Shown: positions 12,798 to 26,193 of the stretch, in pieces
How positions within the stretch are numbered: position 1 is the first letter of the stretch
Layout of the letters: each line of letters opens with the position of its first letter
NCBI RefSeq assembly: GCF_037042905.1
Contig: NC_087246.1
Coordinates: 26,660,001 to 26,724,000, forward strand
Source: Lytechinus pictus
Lineage: Eukaryota
Length of the DNA stretch: 64,000 bases
Direction of reading: 5' to 3'
Notes under the pieces: model-generated
The model's database searches: none
Seen by the model: the letters and a program-made list of their open reading frames with translations, nothing else
Told to the model about the DNA's origin: nothing
Made by a program: the position numbers and the translations under genes

Positions 12798-14147
12798 GAT
12801 TGTAATCATGATAAGATTCTGATCATATCAAATATTACAACAGTATACAATGATGAGTTCTATTATTGCTTCATAGATCAAAACATTAGAAATCAGTAAA
12901 GAGATGAGCACTGAATTATCCATATCATTATAAGTCATTGGTAATGACATGAACTCACCTAATAAAAAATTATATTCTGCTTTTATCAACATATACAGTA
13001 TGAAAACCGTGCGAGGCATTTTATGTTGAGTTTTCACTTTAGACTTAAGTTTATACTGGAGGTCTTTCAAGTTTGTGCCCCTTGACCAAAAAAGGAGGCC
13101 TTGACCAAAATTTGATAAAATTTGAGGCATATATTTGCGCATCACATTATTACACTGGAATGTCATTAAAGAATAAAGAGCTTACAGATTTATTATTTCC
13201 CGTCGTAGGTTGTATGCACATTGTTCCAACAATGAGCAGTCAAGTCATTCAAATGGCTCGGCCATCAGCATTGCTTTTTGCATCCAACCAGGCAACCGTT
13301 TAATACCTGGGTGAAGAGTGGCAATTAGGTGTAGATTGACCCCTTGACAAAGGATGTTGGTGCCATGGTGGAATTTCATTTCTTTCTCATTACAAGGCGA
13401 GAAGCAGAATCATCCACCATGAACTTGGATGTTTTTTTAATTATGATAGTAGCTGTTTCATACTGTTCTCAAGACTTCATTGATACAGGGAGTTCCTGAT
13501 TGATTAGCTTTAAATTTCACAAACTGGCCAAAGATGTGCAATCAATTCCCTTGATGCAGTATTCTCCTCCTTATTCAAGCTGATTTCCCCAAATCAGAAG
13601 ACTCTGCATCAAGGATGATAAATCTAGAACTCACTATAATTGTAATCCCCAGGAACACCAAACCATATACCATATAATGACTGAATGAATCCCATGACCG
13701 GGGTAATAATATATCTGTAAAGCGCTTAGACACGTCGTTCCGATGTATTAAGCGCTATATAAAAAAGGATTATTATTATTATTATTACCACAGTTTAGAT
13801 CTTCTATTGTACATTCTTCTAGTCTACAATCTTTTCAAAGTACTATTTCAATACTACTGCTTTCAATGATAATTTCCGTCCCTGGTCATTTTGTTGTTTA
13901 TGCAAGACTATGAAGACTCTTTATCATACCGGTATTTATTGGAATGGTAGTAAGTTGTGCCAAACTGAAGAATGAAAATCTATCACATCTTGCAAATTCT
14001 TCCAGCTTCACTGCTCTGGAAAGCGATCCTCCATATTCACACAACATCAAGTTTGAAAGTGAGATCCACTCACCAATCTTGAGTTTGAGATCATAGTACA
14101 AAATATCAAGTCAATATGGAAGTTGTGCTAAAAATGTACTGTTCATG

Positions 14148-14234
14148 TCAATCCTTGGGTGTGATTTGAAAATAGAAGAGGGCGTAAATCAACATCACTG
14201 CTGCTAGTAATGACAAAATCACGAGAAGAGACTC
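14148..14234 (-). CDS. TRIQK: Triple QxxK/R motif-containing protein, last coding exon (TM helix)
   Basis: tttcag|ESLLVILSLLAAVMLIYALFYFQITPKD*; resembles the TRIQK C-terminal hydrophobic segment. Confidence 0.85.
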   Translation of the reverse strand, partial: ESLLVILSLLAAVMLIYALFYFQITPKD

Positions 14235-14616
14235 CTGAAAATGAAAAAGAAAAAGGTCTGACTATCTTTTGAACAGTGATATCTTATTTTATAAAAGTAT
14301 GCTAGGTAAAGATAATTTCTTTTAATACTGAGCACTCAACCTAATTTGGTTATACATTCTCCTCTTCCCCTTTCCCCTCCTTCTTTTCTTCTTCCTCTCC
14401 TTCACTTCCATGGTTGTGGTTGATTAAAAAAAATACTTATTGGTACTACAGTACATATATTGACTAGTTTCAGACTATCATTGACGACTTCTTCTGTACA
14501 TGGAATAATCATTTTCTTCTATGCCGTTCTGTTTAAAATGAAATTTTCCTAATATTGTAAAATATGGTAAGTACTTCTATGTAATAAAAGACTAGATCTA
14601 TTAACAGATTCTTTAC

Positions 14617-14766
14617 CTGAAATCCAAATCCTCCTTTCCTGATCTGTGCCTCATTTTTCATTCTTTTGACATCCTTCTTTGTTCTCTTCTGTTCCTGTTT
14701 TCCAATACTCTTCCTGTACTGATCAACAGACAGGTGTGCTCTTTGAGATGCATCTTTCTTCCCCAT
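14617..14766 (-). CDS. TRIQK: Triple QxxK/R motif-containing protein, first coding exon
   Basis: MGKKDASQRAHLSVDQYRKSIGKQEQKRTK...GFQ|gtaaag, compared with vertebrate TRIQK MGRKDA...VDQYRKQIGKQDYKKTK; total 78 aa. Confidence 0.9.
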
Positions 14767-14887
14767 CCCTGCTGGAGAAATGTTAAAATATATTCAACAA
14801 AGACATATTACGCATGCCGGTACATGAAAGAAAATCTGGGTCTTTGACCTTGTCATTTTTTTTTTACTAATACTACATTTATTCAGT

Positions 14888-15050
14888 CTGGGGAGCGTTT
14901 CATGAAAGGACTTGTCAGACATTTTATCTGACAAGTCCCATTTGATCCGACAGTACTATAGTAACAGTGCCTCTCAGCCAATCAGAATCAAGGAAAGATG
15001 TCAGATCTGACAACTTGTCAGACAAAAATGTTGATGAAACGGTCCCCTGG
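14888..15050. mobile_element. PIF/Harbinger-like MITE
   Basis: CTGGGGAGCGTTTCAT ... ATGAAACGGTCCCCTG imperfect TIRs. Confidence 0.55.
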
Positions 15051-15662
15051 TCTAACATTAGTTACGATTAGACAGGAATAACCATCGTTTCTGGGGATTT
15101 ACTTAGCAGTTTCTGACATTTTTATATCATCCCCTGCCATGATGTATTGGTGAGTGGAGCCAACATGGTTCAGCAGAACAACCAACTTACAAAGACTCTG
15201 AAGCTTTTTTTTTGTCTAATTTATGATATCATAGCGTCATACTTTTCATGATACTTTTCACTTAATTGACAAAAATTCATCATGATTGAGACTGTCCCTC
15301 TGTGTGAATTGCTAATTCTAGTACGACTACGAGTATAATCCATCAAACATAGGGAAAAATTATCATAAAAAGTATGACAAAATTCATTGAATCACCAAAG
15401 ATTACCAAAATAGTCTCAATCATGATGTTTTTTGTCAATTAAGTTGGTTAATTAAGTAGTAGATCTAGTACTACGTGGCAACAAGTAAAACGTTACATAG
15501 AATTGAGTTAGTGGTGCAACAGTTAAACTGCAAATATAATTAAGACCGTCGTCTGCTGCATCAAAACAATATTTTAATCATTAATTATTTACACGTAGAA
15601 AATTAAAAATCGTGTATAAACTACTAAATCTATACATAGATATACGATGAACTATTACATAC

Positions 15663-15918
15663 CTCTTAATGTTTTTCAGAAATTGAAAAATATGACAATT
15701 CTACACCTCTGTCATTCTCTTTCCTAACGCCTCCTCACCTTCCGCATCAAGCTCTTATCATATCATCGATCATCAACAACTAAGTTTGTTTCAGGCCAGG
15801 CAGTAGATCAAGAGTGATGAAATGAAAGCAGTTTTACTTTTAGTTGACTTTACTCCGATTTCTGTTTTCGTTTCGTAAAATATCAGAAGTTAATCAAGAG
15901 CCAGTCTAAAGCAGTCAG
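15663..15918. promoter_or_regulatory. Putative bidirectional promoter and non-coding first exons of TRIQK (-) and ACSF3 (+)
   Basis: Minus-strand donor AG|GTATGT at 15662 and plus-strand donor CAG|GTACGG at 15919 face outward. A CpG-rich patch lies at 15990-16140. Both genes have an acceptor just upstream of their ATG. Confidence 0.5.
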
Positions 15919-17376
15919 GTACGGTATGTAATACTGTGCGATCTGGGAGACTGTGAACTTTGATTATGATGTTCTTTGTCAGTTTGTGGCTCAGGGAATC
16001 GGAGCGGATCTCCGCCCCCGAGATTGGCTCTCGGCCGTGGCCCGTGGTTCCCTCAACCTCCGGCTCCGCGTGATCCTGGCGCAGTTTGGAGGTGTGTCCG
16101 AACAGGTCGTGATTGACTCGTGTAGCCTAACTCTCCGGACAATCGATTTCAAACAGCCATTTAAAAAATTTTGCAGGCAAAGTTTCTACAATTTTAAAGT
16201 GCAGTTGAAAAAGTATGATCGTGAGGCAATAATATAGAGAACTTATGACGATTACAATAGGCCTAACATCGATCATGCCTAACGACAACATTATTATTTC
16301 AATCATAGTTTTTGTTTATAAATCCAAAAAGTCAAAGATAAAGAGGAGGCCTCGATAGACAGACCGTGACTGTAGAATAGTGAGACCACCACATCTCATT
16401 TTGAAACCATTCACCTGGCGTGCATTAAGATTAATTAAATATTTTCACAGATACCGGTATGATGCTTAGTTAGAATTGCATTGGTTGATGAGGGGTAGTT
16501 CTAACCTTACGTCATGGACACCCAATCTCCCATCCTACTTTAATTGGGGGTAGCTACTAGCTTGGAGGCTCCTAGCAGAAGTAGTCTAATTATCATTCAC
16601 TTATGAGGTAACGTGAGCTTATTATGTTTGGGGTTGGATCGGATGAACAGAAATAAATCCTGCCACAACTCATTATGTTATTGTTAGTCAAACTTCATTA
16701 TTTTTTAAACCTGATGTTAGAAATAATGTACACAAGACTTTGATTGAACTTTTTATTTTGTTAACAATGTTGATCTCCAATTTCTCCATGTCAAAATGTG
16801 ACACTCCTAACATAAAGTTGCAGTCAAAATGATGCTTTGAAGCTTGTAACTTTTCTGTAGAAATTCTAGAAATGCTTCCAATCTTTCTGTGCAAATTATT
16901 CTTATTCCAAACTATGAAAGAATATTCTAGATAAAAAAAACCTTACATTGAGTAGTTGATGTGTTGCTAATGTCTAACTCTAAATTAGTCATAGTTTTGG
17001 TGGCAAATTTGAAGAATTTATATTTTGCTTGGCATTGAAGATGTTGAAGCTCCTCCAAAATTTAATGCAGCACATAATCCTAATTGTTCTAGAGGAGGCC
17101 CCAACTTTTTGTGACATCCGGGTTCTCTTTGACCTTTGGTCATATTATAATGAGGTGAATTATTTTGACAACGAATCTTCACAATAAAAAATTATGCTAT
17201 TAATATCATGATTCAGTCATATATATGTCTTGTATTAGTATGCACACATTGTATTTGCGGAGAATCACATTGCATTTTGGAAAATAAGAATCTAAAGTGT
17301 TCAAAAGTACATGTGCACTCGATAGGCCAAGCAAAGCCATGATAGATAGCGAATTTGTTGATTTTGTTGATTTTAA

Positions 17377-17957
17377 AGGACAAGTTCACCCCCAACAAAA
17401 AGTTGATTTGAATAAAAAGAGAAAAATCCATCAAGCATTAACACTGAAAATTTCATCAAAATCAGATGTAAAATAAGAAAGTTATGACATTTTAAAGTTT
17501 TGCTTAATTTCACAAAACAGTTATACATGTATGCACATCCTGGCTGGTATGCAAATGAGGAGACTATGAAGTCATCCACTCACTATTTCTTTTGTATTTT
17601 ATTATATGAAATATGAAATATTCTAATTTTCTCCTCATTGTCGAGTGATACAACAATTCCTCCCTGAACATATGAAATTAGCATTGTTTAATAATATATG
17701 AATCAGTCAAGTTGGTCCTTATTGTCAAATCTATAGAAAATGAAATATTGTATAATTCAAACAATAAAAACCAAAAGAAAAAGTGATGGACATCATCGAC
17801 TGACTCACCTACATGTAGTTGTGCATATCACTGTTTTGTGAAAAATAAGCGAAACTTTCTTATTTTACATCCGATTTTGATGAAATTTTCAGCACTATGC
17901 TAGTTTGATTTTTCTCTATTATTTCAAGTCAGCATTTTCCTTGGGTGGACTTGACGT
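17377..17957. mobile_element. Kolobok-like MITE family A, copy 2
   Basis: Same TIRs and TTAA flanks as 10546-11141; in the presumed ACSF3 first intron. Confidence 0.85.
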
Positions 17958-18375
17958 TTAAATATTATATCCTGAGTTCCTGACAGGTGATTTTCAGTTA
18001 AATAGGGCATCACAAATCCCGGGTTGTTATGCCTTTGTGTGAATCATGTATGCAAGATGTGCATAGTAAAGGCATATGGGAGCTTTGTATTTATTAATGA
18101 TAACTGACCCTACCAATATAAGAGGCTCCATACTGAAATATAAAAAATGTTGGTCATACATATAGGATCAATGGTCTAAATACACCAGTGATGATAATGA
18201 GGCTCATTTTTTAAATTACATTATGCTTTGATTTTTAAGAATCACTTGATCTCGGTTCATGAATGTAGCCGGTGAGAGTTGTACTTCGTGTATTGTTTAC
18301 AAACTTAAGGATTTTTATTTCATTTCATTTTCTCTTCTCTTTCCTTACAGGCATCTATAGGCAAGATCCCCCATC

Positions 18376-19326
18376 ATGAGGATGTATACAGGCATCCTGT
18401 TACCATGGAAACACATCATATCACATGTGAGACCAGTGTTTCCAAAGAGATACTCATCTGGAGGGAGATCAACCAGGACTCCTTTCATCCAAGCAATCAA
18501 AGAGAGATATGGAGATCGAACAGCATTAGTTGACACTCATCAGACATACACTTATAGAGATATCTTAAGCTGGAGTATGGTTCTATCGAGACACATTCTC
18601 TCCAATACCAAAAGAGATGAAGCGCTTGCAAGGCGAGGGTCAAAGGTCATACTGAACGGTGAGAGAGTAGCATTCCTGTGTCCCAACGATGCATCGTATA
18701 CGATTACCCAATGGGGTGTTTGGATGAGCGGTGGGATGGCTGTTCCTCTATGCAAGTCACATCCAGAGTCGGAGTTAGAATACATCATCCAGGATTCGCA
18801 GAGCTCCCTGGTGGTAACAACTAAAGAATTCTCGCAGAAGATCATACCTATCGTTGAAAGACACATGATCAATTACATGGTTATAGACAATCAGGCTTTC
18901 CATACTCCAGAACAGGGTGATGGAGTTGATAGGGAAACTCGGGTCGGGGTACAGGAAGAGCCACTCCTGCAAAGAGAAGATGCTATTGGGGACAATCTTT
19001 CCATCATGACATTCAATCACCACACCGATGATTTAATCCCAATGAATAGCCTAACTGAGAAGTGGAAGCAAATACGTTGGAAGAATCGTGGCGCCATGCT
19101 GATCTACACGAGTGGTACGACAGGGCGACCCAAGGGTGTCTTGATGACCTTTGGTGCTCTTCAAGCTCAGATTCAGATGATGATATCAGCCTGGGATTGG
19201 ACGTCCAGTGATGTTATTCTTCATGTTTTGCCATTACATCATGTTCATGGTGTGGTTAATGTTTTAGCGTGTCCTCTATGGTCGGGTGCTACGTGTGTCA
19301 TGCTTCCCAACTTTGACGCAGAAAAG
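18376..19326 (+). CDS. ACSF3: Malonate--CoA ligase / acyl-CoA synthetase family member 3, coding exon 1
   Basis: Basic, acid-free N-terminus (mitochondrial presequence-like), AMP-binding motif IYTSGTTGRPKG, and ILHVLPLHHVHG. Acceptor at 18349-18350, donor AAG|gtaaca. Confidence 0.93.
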
Positions 19327-19871
19327 GTAACAATGATGTAGAATTCTTAAACAATTCTTTAAAGAGAAGGATCTCGCAAATGTCCTTGGAAGCCTTGTCT
19401 TGGATAAAGATTTGGCTTGTGTGAGATCTACATTAGGAGGACTTTCCTTAGGACTTTCCTTGTTATCTGTGCTTTTAAGAGTTTTCTCTTAATTTACTTA
19501 CTAATACTGTGTTGAGAATTCTATCTCTGAGGTGGACTTCTCCAGTACTCGTAAAATAATATTATCCCACTTTTTGATATCTCTAATACCTTGTAAAAAG
19601 CAATACAAGGAGAAAAAGGAGAATACAATGTTTTCAAGAATAGGAAATGGCATGAACAAATATATTTTAAGAATAGAATTTTTCAAGGTGTGATCAGTTT
19701 CGAGCACTTGTCATGAAGAAGACAACTATTTTGACAATAATTTTGACTATTTTTTCATTCTTGTTGGTGGTGATGCGCTATTTGTAATATATGTGCTTTA
19801 TAAAAAAAGCTACATATATTGTTTATCGCTAGTCAACCAATGTTTTCTTGTTTCGCTTCATTGTTTGACAG

Positions 19872-20026
19872 GTTTGGCAAATGCTCCTTGAAGACCATAC
19901 ACCTAGGGTGAATGTCTTCATGGCGGTACCTACTGTCTATGTCAAGCTTCTAGATTTCTATCAACTCAAGTACACCACGCCAAAGGTTCAAGCTTTCATT
20001 AGAGCAACATTGAAAGAAAAGATGAG
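19872..20026 (+). CDS. ACSF3: ACSF3 coding exon 2
   Basis: VWQMLLEDHTPRVNVFMAVPTVYVKLL...; canonical AG/GT. Confidence 0.92.
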
Positions 20027-20519
20027 GTAAGTTACCCCCCCAAAAAAAAAAAATGGAAGGATGATTTGAATAGATACCGGTAATGAATTTGAGGAAATCA
20101 AAGTCTGTAAATTTCAAACTGACCTTGTGAACTTCCAGAGTAGATGCTCTCTCTCATTCCCCTCAATTAAATGTAAATATCCAAACATAGTCCTGACAAT
20201 TAGAGTGTTGGTTGTACAGACAACAATCTCAATTATTCAATGATTTCAAGTTTTCGTGAAGTTTTTTGTGAATAATTTCAGTTAGTAATGGATTTAGATA
20301 GGAGGGGGAGGGGGGTTCATCTTTTTTTCCTGCACTCTCTATAGTTTGGTAAGTTTCTTTAATTATACTTCAAATCTATTTCCACTACATCCAAAATGTT
20401 TTGAGTGTTAATTCTTAAATTTACAGGAATGTTAGAACAACAATTGATATCATGTTATCTCAGCAATAAATGATTTTATTTTTGAGAGAATTATTAATAA
20501 TCTTGCAACTTTCTTTTAG

Positions 20520-20665
20520 ATTGATGGTGTCTGGTTCGGCTGCATTGCCTCAACCTATTATGGATGAATGGGAGAAAGTATCGGGTCATAGATTACTAGA
20601 AAGATACGGGATGACGGAACTTGGTATGGCTCTTACCAATCCACTCATCGGAGAAAGAAAACCAG
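20520..20665 (+). CDS. ACSF3: ACSF3 coding exon 3
   Basis: [11 protein letters not shown]...[14 protein letters not shown], the malonyl-CoA synthetase-type ERYGMTE motif. Confidence 0.93.
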
Positions 20666-21110
20666 GTAGCCGGGCTTCTAAGGAAGTTTGCTGATTGATG
20701 TCAGTTGATTTGATGAGTTGAAATATTTGGAAAAAGAGAGAAAAAGGAGGTTTCGGATTAGAGATTGACTTTATTCTTTGATTGATTTCCATCTCCTTAA
20801 AAGCAAAGATATTCATCATTCATTTTCTAAACTTGCATTTCCTTCTTTAAGAATAGACATATGTTCTGATTGTCGGATGGAATTGTGGAAACAACTGCCT
20901 CAGCTGATTTGGATATCTTTTAATGATAATGTCCCTAAGACTTATGTGGTGAGATTTTGGAATTGTGAAAATGATCTGAAATTTAATGGATTTTGTTGTG
21001 AATCACAGGCACTGCACTCATTGTTATCTGAACGAGTTTTCCCTTTTTTCAAATCTGAAAATGTTTCTCAATCATTTTAAATAGAATCATTGTAATTGTG
21101 TGTCTAACAG

Positions 21111-21329
21111 GTGCAGTAGGGAATCCCTTCCCAACCGTTGAGGTGCGAATCATGTCCTCCACCAACCAAGTCATTGCCAGGGGCAACTGCTTTCACAGTG
21201 AGGTCGTACCAGGGTTCGAAGGTCAACCGGGTGACCTGCAGGTCAAAGGTCCAGCTGTTTTCAAAGAATATTGGAATAGACCTGATGATACGAAGGACAG
21301 TTTTACTGACGATGGTTGGTTCATGACTG
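21111..21329 (+). CDS. ACSF3: ACSF3 coding exon 4
   Basis: GAVGNPFPTVEVRI...GDLQVKGPAVFKEYW...GWFMTG. Confidence 0.93.
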
Positions 21330-21983
21330 GTAAGTTTAATTGTTTTGTCACTGTCTCAATGAGTGCTCTTAAAGTCTATGTCAAGTTTTGGTTGGGTGCC
21401 TAGTCAAAAGGACTTTTTTCTTTTTGTGTTTTATATGATACTTCTTCTCAAGCATTGAGACTTTCAGGATATAATAATCTTTGTCTGTAACTTCCTGATA
21501 TCCAATCACTATATTTTTAAGATGCAGTTCAAAGTGCGATTTTCAAATAGAAATAAAGATATAACTGTGGTGTTACATACCTAAAAAAAAAAATTCAAAA
21601 TTTTACAAAGAATCAAGAAGTGAAAAAAAAAAAATGGCCACTATGCTTTTGTGATATTGGAATATTAGATGTTATAAATCACATAAATCACATTTGGACC
21701 CTTAACCATTTGAAGCTTTCTAAAGGTTTTAACGTATTGAATACCGTTTGATTTCAGTACAATGCACATTTTACTTATACTGTACTACTGCCTCAGTTAT
21801 CTTGGGCTTAGAGCTACATGAAGAAAATGAATTAACCTATTTTTGAATGAATAAGATTCTTTGATTTCTATTGTCATGATATGTATGATAATTTTCCCTC
21901 TAAATGTAAGTGAAAAAAAGATAACATAGGAATCCCAATTTATTGATGAATGAATGATTGTTTGATATTGCTGATTCAAACAG

Positions 21984-22351
21984 GAGACACGGCATGCTTG
22001 GATGATGGTGTGTTCAGGATCTTGGGAAGATCATCGGTGGATATCATCAAGTCCGGAGGCTACAAGATCAGCGCCCTCGATGTTGAAAGACATCTCCTCT
22101 CCCATCCCATGATCGCCGAGGTTGCTGTGGTAGGTCTCCCAGACATCACTTGGGGTCAGAGGGTCACTGCCATAGTAACGTTAAAGGCAGGTCAAAGGTT
22201 AAGTCTTGGAGAACTTAGGAATTGGGGGAAGGATAAGCTGCCATCGTATCAGATTCCTACAGAGTTGAAGATCATAGAGGAAATACCGAGGAACGCGATG
22301 GGGAAGGTTAATAAGAAGCAATTAGTATCTCAATTATTTGGGATTGAATGA
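21984..22351 (+). CDS. ACSF3: ACSF3 coding exon 5 (terminal)
   Basis: GDTA...ILGRSSVDIIKSGGYKISAL...PRNAMGKVNKK*. The five exons sum to 1839 nt (612 aa). Confidence 0.93.
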
Positions 22352-22828
22352 ATAGAAATTCAATGGGGTAAATTGCAGTATACTCCTCAGGGATTGGTGA
22401 TTGGGCAAGCCGGAATCTTTGTTGACTTTGGTAATCGTAGGTTTGTAAAGTACTTAAAGAGTTTATTACATTGTGATAAGCATTACATGACATTCAGACA
22501 GATTTTTATATGTCAAAACATCTTGCTTTGAGATTTACTGTATTAGAAAATGGTGCTCGCAAAGTTTATCAAACACATCTAACATTCAGTTACATGAATG
22601 ATGAATGTGAAAAAAAAGTCATTGAAAAGTTGTAGAGAAAATAGACTTGTGAGCATAATAGACACGACTTGAAATCAAATGACCATAACTTTTTTTATCT
22701 CTTTCTAATCAAGAGAATCCCTGCGAAATTAGGGATTGATTGATGTGTATACCTTGATTTAGTACTAATGAAGCCTTTAGATCTGAATTTTATCATAAAG
22801 TAAATATTTCAGATCAGTTTTTAATTCA

Positions 22829-23256
22829 ATTATTATTATTATTTGTTTGGCGTCACCTGTGCCTGGGAGGCGAAAAGCGAACTGAATCACTATGACCCGC
22901 AGGTCTCTCCTCCCGATATAACCGATTGGGGGGAATGCAGGTGGACCACTACACCGGGATTTCCCCCTACTCTTATACGAATAGTGCAGACACCGGGATT
23001 TCCCCCTACTCTTATACGAATAGTGCAGTGGGTTCTTAACGTGCAAAGGTGGTGACGCTCCTCTACACGGGGCCTCTATTTAACGTCCTATCCGAAGGAC
23101 GGAGTGTTTTCCATTGTAACATAGCCTGCATCTATGAAACATGGGAGAGACGTTTACACACAACGCACTGGCTTCAGTCATCCACCCGGGGTGGACTCGA
23201 ACCCACGATCTTTGGTTCGACGGGCAGACGCGTTACTGACTGAGCCAACACCGCTC
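22829..23256 (-). mobile_element. tRNA-derived SINE with Deu-like central domain
   Basis: Minus strand: A-box TGGCTCAGTCAG, B-box GGTTCGAGTCC, core GGACGTTAAA..GGCCCCGTGT..GCACGTTAAGAACCC..AAGAGTAGGGG, and an (AAT)n tail. Internal 39-bp tandem duplication at about 22950-23028. Confidence 0.85.
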
Positions 23257-25149
23257 TCATTCATTCATCAGTAAGAGATCACCATGATGTGTAAAAGACA
23301 TGACACCCTAAACGTGACACGACTTAAAAGCATTCAATTACAAATGTAAAGCTTATGTCAGTAATTTTAGTCCTACCCGTACCATAAACATCTATGAAAT
23401 TAATTCTGAAGTTAAATGTAGAATAAATCTATTCAAACATTGCAATCCCCCCCCCAAAAAAAAAAGTAGAAAATTTGCAAAAAGACATTTGCATTTTTGG
23501 AAGAGAGGTATGCCTAAATTTACTTTAAATATATTTAGATACCACTCAAATTAAATAGCTTGATGAGTTTGATTAATTGATACTAAATTTGTCACTTTAG
23601 CACCACACATATTGTTTGAGTTATTACAGAGGAAGGGTAACACTTTTTTTTTAATTATTTTTTTTTGTTTGGGGGGGGGGGTAGGGGGACTTACCCAGAA
23701 GCTCTTTAATATGGAGTCTTTGACTCTGTAATGTAATGTGGTTTGGATTAATATCGCCCTTGTATTTTTATTTTTGTATCAAGAAAACTTTGGCCATTTG
23801 CAGCTGCATGTATAAAAGCATTTTCTAAACAAAAGTGTGTGTGTTGGTAGGGTTTGATTTCAAATCAAAAGGATTAATTAAAAAAAGAAATTTAAAAAAG
23901 TTTCAAGTAATTCTGTAAAATCTGTTGAGGTGAATTGCCAGGAAGATAGTAGTCCATAGGAATTGGAGGTGACACTTAGTAAGTCGTATCTCTTTGGATG
24001 AACATGAGGATCGTATGGAATTTCATTATTTATACAAACTTGTGCTTCATTTTTCAACATGTTAAATCTGGATTTAACTTGTTGTTATGGCATGATAGTG
24101 AGCTCTGTGCTCCATTATAGTCTCAAAGAATCGAAAGTCTTGCCAAGGCCAATCAAATTTGCAGTTTCATGTGCATGGCATTCACCATGCCCAATATTAG
24201 CCAATCAGAATCATTGTTGCAAGGGTGGGAGTGATCACAAATTAAGCTGAACAAAGGCTTAAAAAAGAGCTCGGCCTCCCATATATTTTTTGTACAGAGG
24301 AGAGCTAAAATTAGCTTCAATTAAGCTGAAAATCAAAAGCAAATATAGCTGAAATAGCTTAAAAGCTAAAATCTCTTACCCCTGGTATTGGAGGAAACTT
24401 ACAAATGATTGCAAACTTCGGGGCCAACATACTCATTCTTTGAAATGAAGTATGTCAAAACTAATTTGAATCAATAATTACTTGTTTATATAAGCTTTGG
24501 CGATTTTTTTTTTATTCTTGAGGAGTCTTCCAAGATGTACTTTGATATTAATATGTGCAATTATGAGATCATGATGTGAAAACAGGATATTATTATTATA
24601 TTATTATGTATTAAATACATGTCATTAATTAAAAATGTTATCTGTTCAGTGTCATTTTTGTTCTCTAGCAATAAGTGATGACTTACATAGTATCAAACAG
24701 ATAATTGTGAAATGAGACATCACTGTATTAAAAAAAAAATTGAGAAGGAACCGAGTTAAGCTAGAATTTAATCCTCTTTCATACTTTTGTCATTAACCCA
24801 TCAAACCCTGCATGTATGCCCAAGATAATGTGGGGTAAGGTATCTGGTAAATGTGCATTATATTGAAATCAAATTGCAATCAATCAGTACATGATAGAAT
24901 GAATATGTGAATTCAGTTATTCAATGTTGGTATGCGATTATTAAGAAATGCATCCCACTTGTGCATAATTTGCACTGATTTATTTTCTTACAACCATTCG
25001 TCAAGGTGATTGGAATCGCAACTTATTCATGATGCCATTTTGTTCGTGTTTGATCTTGTAAATTTATTTTGGGAGGTCAGATATTTTACAGATGAAAAGT
25101 TTTAGTGAGATTAATTTCGGGATGGTTGACTGTAAAGTATTTACAAGTT

Positions 25150-25780
25150 GGCTATTATTATCACCATCTCCTTATCCTTTGCAGTACAACCGTCATCTCC
25201 ATCACTAGATCAGCACCATGGTAATCATGCCCTTTGTCAGTGCAATCATTTATCACCACCTTCAAAATCATCAGTATCTCTAAATGCTGTCATCATTATG
25301 ATCTTCATAATCGTCTCCACCATCACAAATTCACAATCAACACAATAACCATCATTGCCCCCATGGACCCAAGTCCATGGTAGGCCCCACTCTAATCATT
25401 ATTTGTATCGCTATCTCTGTCTCTTAATAAATATTGCCATCATTACTCTAATCAAGATCACCACTGTCATAATTACCACCTCTACCATCACCACAACCAC
25501 CACCATCATTATCAACACCATAACTCCATCATTCTCATGAACTAATAATTATCGATATCAACACTACCACCATCACCACAACCACCATCACTGTTATCAA
25601 CATCCATCAGCAATACCATCATCCTCATGAACACATAATTATCAACACTACCATCACACCTGATCTCAACATCCATCAGCAGTACTGCCCACCTCATGCA
25701 ACTCCTAGTCATCATCACCACCACTACCATCACCACGATTGTCTTCAACATTGAGATCACTGTTGTCGATTATACCACTA
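25150..25780. repeat. Degenerate (CAT/CAC)n low-complexity tract
   Basis: Imperfect trinucleotide repeats that generate the Ile/Thr- and Met/Val-rich spurious ORFs. Confidence 0.8.
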
Positions 25781-26032
25781 CTAAATTAGAAAACAAGATA
25801 GCGTTATTCTTGTACTCGTGCACCTCTAGATTCGTTTAATACAAATTATAGAAAAATTAATACTACATATCAAAAGGAAGCATAGTTAATTGTGTGGGTG
25901 AGGATACAGAACAATTCATTTCGAACTTATCTTTATTACGTTAAGACCATCCCAAAAGCAATTTGATTTCAATTCAAAGAGAAAAAGTAAACAAACTGGA
26001 CGTAAATAAAGAATAGAGAAACTTTCAAGTAA

Positions 26033-26193
26033 TACCTCGGTCACATTTGCTCCACGGCGGCCGTACGGCGAGTCGAAAACAGCTGTTTCATTCATATTTT
26101 TCAAACCATGTATATGTAGCTATGACAAAGAAATGTAAAAACGGCTGTTTTGGACTCGCCGTACGGCCGCTGTAGAGCGAATGTGACCGGGTA
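26033..26193. mobile_element. Palindromic Harbinger-like MITE (copy 1)
   Basis: TACC..GGTCACATTTGCTC.ACGGCGGCCGTACGGCGAGTC arms; second copy at 43113-43277. Confidence 0.75.

Noticed and set aside
23180-23256. tRNA gene
   Set aside because: The A and B boxes belong to the SINE head and are followed by the Deu-like core and tail.
25148-25760. Thr/Ile- and Met/Val-rich ORFs
   Set aside because: Artefacts of the degenerate (CAT/CAC)n tract.
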